The translations under genes were made by a program, and so were the position numbers. Under the pieces are notes generated by a model. The model saw nothing but the letters and a program-made list of their open reading frames with translations. It made no database searches and was not told the origin of the DNA. Source: a virus (taxonomy: Duplodnaviria; Caudoviricetes). From it: DNA of 27,387 nucleotides. Below, one piece after another: positions 25,004 to 27,387 of the stretch (positions within the stretch are counted from its first letter, which is position 1; each line of letters begins with the position of its first letter). Location of the stretch: the IMG/VR virus record IMGVR_UViG_3300046787_000971, positions 1 to 27,387 of that record. One strand, 5' to 3'.

Positions 25004-25452
25004 AACTCACGGACACCCAGCGCAACCTGCTCGAAGCAGCAGCCAAACATCCTCAACAAATGTTGACCGACTTTCCGGCCAATCTCAAAGGTGGCGCACT
25101 CATCAAGGTCCTCACCGCCCTGGGCAACGCAGGACTGGTCGCCCGATACGCCAATGCACCCGAAGGCAGCATGCAGCTGGTGATCACACCGGAAGGCCTG
25201 ACAGCGATCGGCAGCACACCAGGGCACACCCCCAAGCAACGCGAGGGCACCAAACAGGCCACCCTGATCGAGTTGCTCAAACGCCCTGAGGGCGTGAGCC
25301 TGGCCGAAATGGTTCAGGCCACCGGCTGGCAGCAACACACCGTGCGAGGCGCCATGGCCGGAGCATTGAAGAAGAAACTCGGCTTGACCATCGTGTCAGA
25401 CAAGACCGATGGTCAGGAACGCAAGTACCGCATCACCACTATAACCGTTTGA
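25000..25452 (+). CDS. DUF3489-domain protein (winged-HTH-like)
   Basis: KLTDTQ..LL..A N-terminus; REGTKQA.LI.LL.RPEG....E...ATGWQ.HTVRGA.AGALKKKLGL...YRI. ATGA coupling to the upstream gene. Confidence 0.85.
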   Translation: MKLTDTQRNLLEAAAKHPQQMLTDFPANLKGGALIKVLTALGNAGLVARYANAPEGSMQLVITPEGLTAIGSTPGHTPKQREGTKQATLIELLKRPEGVSLAEMVQATGWQQHTVRGAMAGALKKKLGLTIVSDKTDGQERKYRITTITV

Positions 25453-25459
25453 GGACCTC

Positions 25460-25819
25460 ATGAACCCCATCAGCATCACCATTGAATCCAAGCCCACAAC
25501 CATCAACTTCGACGGCCGCGAAATGCAGGTGCAAAAGCTCAGCATCCCGCTGCCCTTTGGCCGCAAGCCTACAGACATCTCCGACATTGCTGCCAGCGGC
25601 GTCGAGGCGGTCTATGTGACTGAGATCCGGGAGATGGACCCCGAAGAATTCGATGGCTTCAAATTGAACTTGGGAAAGTCTCGCGACTGGCTCAAAGGCA
25701 AGGGAGGCGATTACTGGGATGGCCGGTTGTGTGTGATGGTGCACGCACCCGGGCGACCCTACTTGTTCATCGATCCATCCGGAGGAGACAGCGTTCGCTA
25801 TCTCGCGCGTCTGGGCTGA
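25460..25819 (+). CDS. Hypothetical protein (119 aa)
   Basis: GAGGA RBS 7 nt after the DUF3489 stop; DWL.GKGG and FIDPSG..VRY.AR segments; no recognised family. Confidence 0.7.
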   Translation: MNPISITIESKPTTINFDGREMQVQKLSIPLPFGRKPTDISDIAASGVEAVYVTEIREMDPEEFDGFKLNLGKSRDWLKGKGGDYWDGRLCVMVHAPGRPYLFIDPSGGDSVRYLARLG

Positions 25820-25862
25820 TCAGTCGCGAAGAAGCAACTGATCAGAAAGATTAGATGAACCG

Positions 25863-25912
25863 CTTTACTTCTGATCGAAGTAGAGCGTTCATAGAGCCAT
25901 CGCAACAAGGAG
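25863..25912 (+). promoter_or_regulatory. Conserved promoter/leader motif, copy 2
   Basis: CTTtaCTTCtgatcGAAgtAGAGCGTtcATagagcCATCGCAACAAGGAG; contains the inverted repeat TACTTC-N5-GAAGTA and aligns with 24529-24584. Confidence 0.65.
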
Positions 25913-25918
25913 AACCAA

Positions 25919-26125
25919 ATGGCAGCCATCAACACCACCACGCAAATCGAAAACAACTACGACCGATTCATCACCGAGCTGACCGCCCTGACCCGCAAAT
26001 ACGGGGTGGCCATCCAGTCGGTGGGCGGCGTGTACCTGGCAGATGAGCGGGGCGAGTTTGACAAGGTCACTTACAACGCCGACATCACCAGCGGCGACCT
26101 GTATCCGAATTTCCCGGGAAACTGA
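25919..26125 (+). CDS. Small hypothetical protein (68 aa)
   Basis: AAGGAG RBS and ATG at 25919; FI.EL..L..KYGV.IQS.GGV and Y.AD.TSGDL segments; converges on the methyltransferase stop. Confidence 0.7.
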   Translation: MAAINTTTQIENNYDRFITELTALTRKYGVAIQSVGGVYLADERGEFDKVTYNADITSGDLYPNFPGN

Positions 26126-26127
26126 GT

Positions 26128-27387
26128 TCAGGCACCTTGCGCCGCAGGGGCCTCTTGAACCGGTGCATCAATAGCAATGGTGGTCAGCTCGACGAACTTC
26201 ACGCCATCGCCCTCACGCACCGCCTGCTGGCCGGTGTATTCCTCCCATCGTTTGACGATCACATCCGCGAACTTGGGGTCCAGCTCGATGAGGCGGGCCT
26301 GTCGTCCGGTCTTCTCGCAAGCGATCAGAGTGGTACCCGAGCCACCAAAGAGGTCTAGAACGATGTCTCGGCTCTTGGATGAATTCTTGATGGCTCGCTC
26401 GACCAGCTCAACCGGTTTCATGGTCGGGTGCAGGTCATTAACCCGAGGCTTGTTGTAATTCCAGATATCCGACTGATCGCGGTCACCACACCAGAAGTGA
26501 TCAACGCCTTGTTTCCATCCGTACAGGATGGGTTCGTACTGACGTTGATAGTCCGATCGGCCAAGGGTGAAAGTGTTCTTGGCCCAGATGATGAAAGTAG
26601 ACCATTTGCCGCCTGCATCAATCCATGCTTTTTGTAGCGTGTGCAGTTCTGAGGAGCTCATGCAGACGTAGCAGGCTCCTTTGGTCACCACCAGCAAGTT
26701 AAGGCAGGCGTCGTACAGAAATTGGTAGAAGCCGTCGCCCAAGGCGTCGTTGAGGATACGTCGATCTTTGCCCCGCATCTTGTCCTTGGCGCTGTTGCCA
26801 TAGTCCACGTTGTAGGGCGGATCGGTGAATGCCATGTCCGCGAGTTGCCCACCCATGAGGCGTTCCACATCTGACAAGACCGTTGAGTCGCCACACAGGA
26901 GGCGGTGGTTGCCGAGAATCCACAAGTCCCCAGTTCTGGATACGGGATCTACTGGTGCTTCTGGGATTGCATCATCTTCGGTCAAACCACCGCCTACTTG
27001 ATCACCATTTAGCAGGCGCTCAATCTCATCGTCCCCAAAGCCGAGCAAGTCGAGATCAAAATCCACGCCTTGAAGCTCTTGCAATTCGAGCTTGAGTAAC
27101 TCTTCATCCCAACCCGAGTTCAACGCGATTCGGTTGTCGGCCAGGATGTAGGCCTTCTTTTGTTCAGGACTCAGATGGCCCAGCTCAATGACGGGCACCT
27201 CTGCTAATTCAAGTTTTCTGGCAGCAGCCAAACGGCCGTGGCCAGCGATCACGCCCTTGTCGCCGTCAGTCAAGATTGGATTGGTCCAACCGAACTCACG
27301 AATGCTGGCAGCGATCTGGGCGATTTGTTCTTCACTGTGGGTGCGGGCGTTTCGCGCATACGGGATGAGCGAATCGACCGGGACCAT
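26128..27387 (-). CDS. ParB-like N-terminal domain + beta-class DNA amino-methyltransferase (N6-A/N4-C); may extend beyond the window
   Basis: L.PY.RNARTHS..QI.QIA.SI.EFG, IAGHGRL.AA and ADNR (ParB-N); HRL.CGDS, catalytic DPPY, HPTMKPV and SAM-binding D.FGGSGTT in beta-class order. Confidence 0.93.
   Translation of the reverse strand: MVPVDSLIPYARNARTHSEEQIAQIAASIREFGWTNPILTDGDKGVIAGHGRLAAARKLELAEVPVIELGHLSPEQKKAYILADNRIALNSGWDEELLKLELQELQGVDFDLDLLGFGDDEIERLLNGDQVGGGLTEDDAIPEAPVDPVSRTGDLWILGNHRLLCGDSTVLSDVERLMGGQLADMAFTDPPYNVDYGNSAKDKMRGKDRRILNDALGDGFYQFLYDACLNLLVVTKGACYVCMSSSELHTLQKAWIDAGGKWSTFIIWAKNTFTLGRSDYQRQYEPILYGWKQGVDHFWCGDRDQSDIWNYNKPRVNDLHPTMKPVELVERAIKNSSKSRDIVLDLFGGSGTTLIACEKTGRQARLIELDPKFADVIVKRWEEYTGQQAVREGDGVKFVELTTIAIDAPVQEAPAAQGA

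Larger units (their letters stand above)
1..27387 (-). mobile_element. Siphovirus-type phage/prophage late region (HK97-like head, lambda-like tail)
   Basis: Complete syntenic packaging, head, tail and lysis gene set with no visible disruptions. No integrase or att site in the window, so prophage versus free phage cannot be decided. Confidence 0.95.

Noticed and set aside
1-27387. CRISPR array, tRNA, rRNA, IS element, integrase/att site or invertible fibre segment
   Set aside because: No regularly spaced DNA repeats, RNA gene signatures, transposase, recombinase or flanking inverted repeats were seen by eye.

Overview
The window is a near-complete late (morphogenesis and lysis) region of a temperate siphovirus or prophage, encoded almost entirely on the minus strand. 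It is GC-rich and of proteobacterial style; the host cannot be fixed from sequence alone. In transcription order (right to left) it holds: a ParB-N/DNA methyltransferase; an oppositely oriented cassette of five small genes (including DUF3489-like and DUF6900-like) behind two copies of a shared promoter-like motif; an HNH endonuclease; a probable cos region; TerS and TerL; an HK97-type portal; an S49 prohead protease; an HK97-fold capsid protein; a putative decoration protein; head-tail joining genes; tail tube; G/GT chaperones with an A_AAA_AAC -1 frameshift; tape measure; lambda-like M, L, K, I and J; two accessory tail proteins; a tail fibre; and finally holin and a GH73 endolysin. The most striking element is at 912-4483. 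The tail fibre ends in a RiPP-core-like Asn-Cys-rich tail (10 Cys in 66 aa, ending NCNCNCNCDCYC). It is followed by a tightly coupled 2OG-Fe(II)-oxygenase-like gene, an unknown gene and a radical SAM/SPASM maturase-type gene, all closed by one terminator. This suggests a phage-encoded system that post-translationally modifies its own receptor-binding fibre, which is inference and untested. All family calls come from motif recognition by eye; no searches were run.
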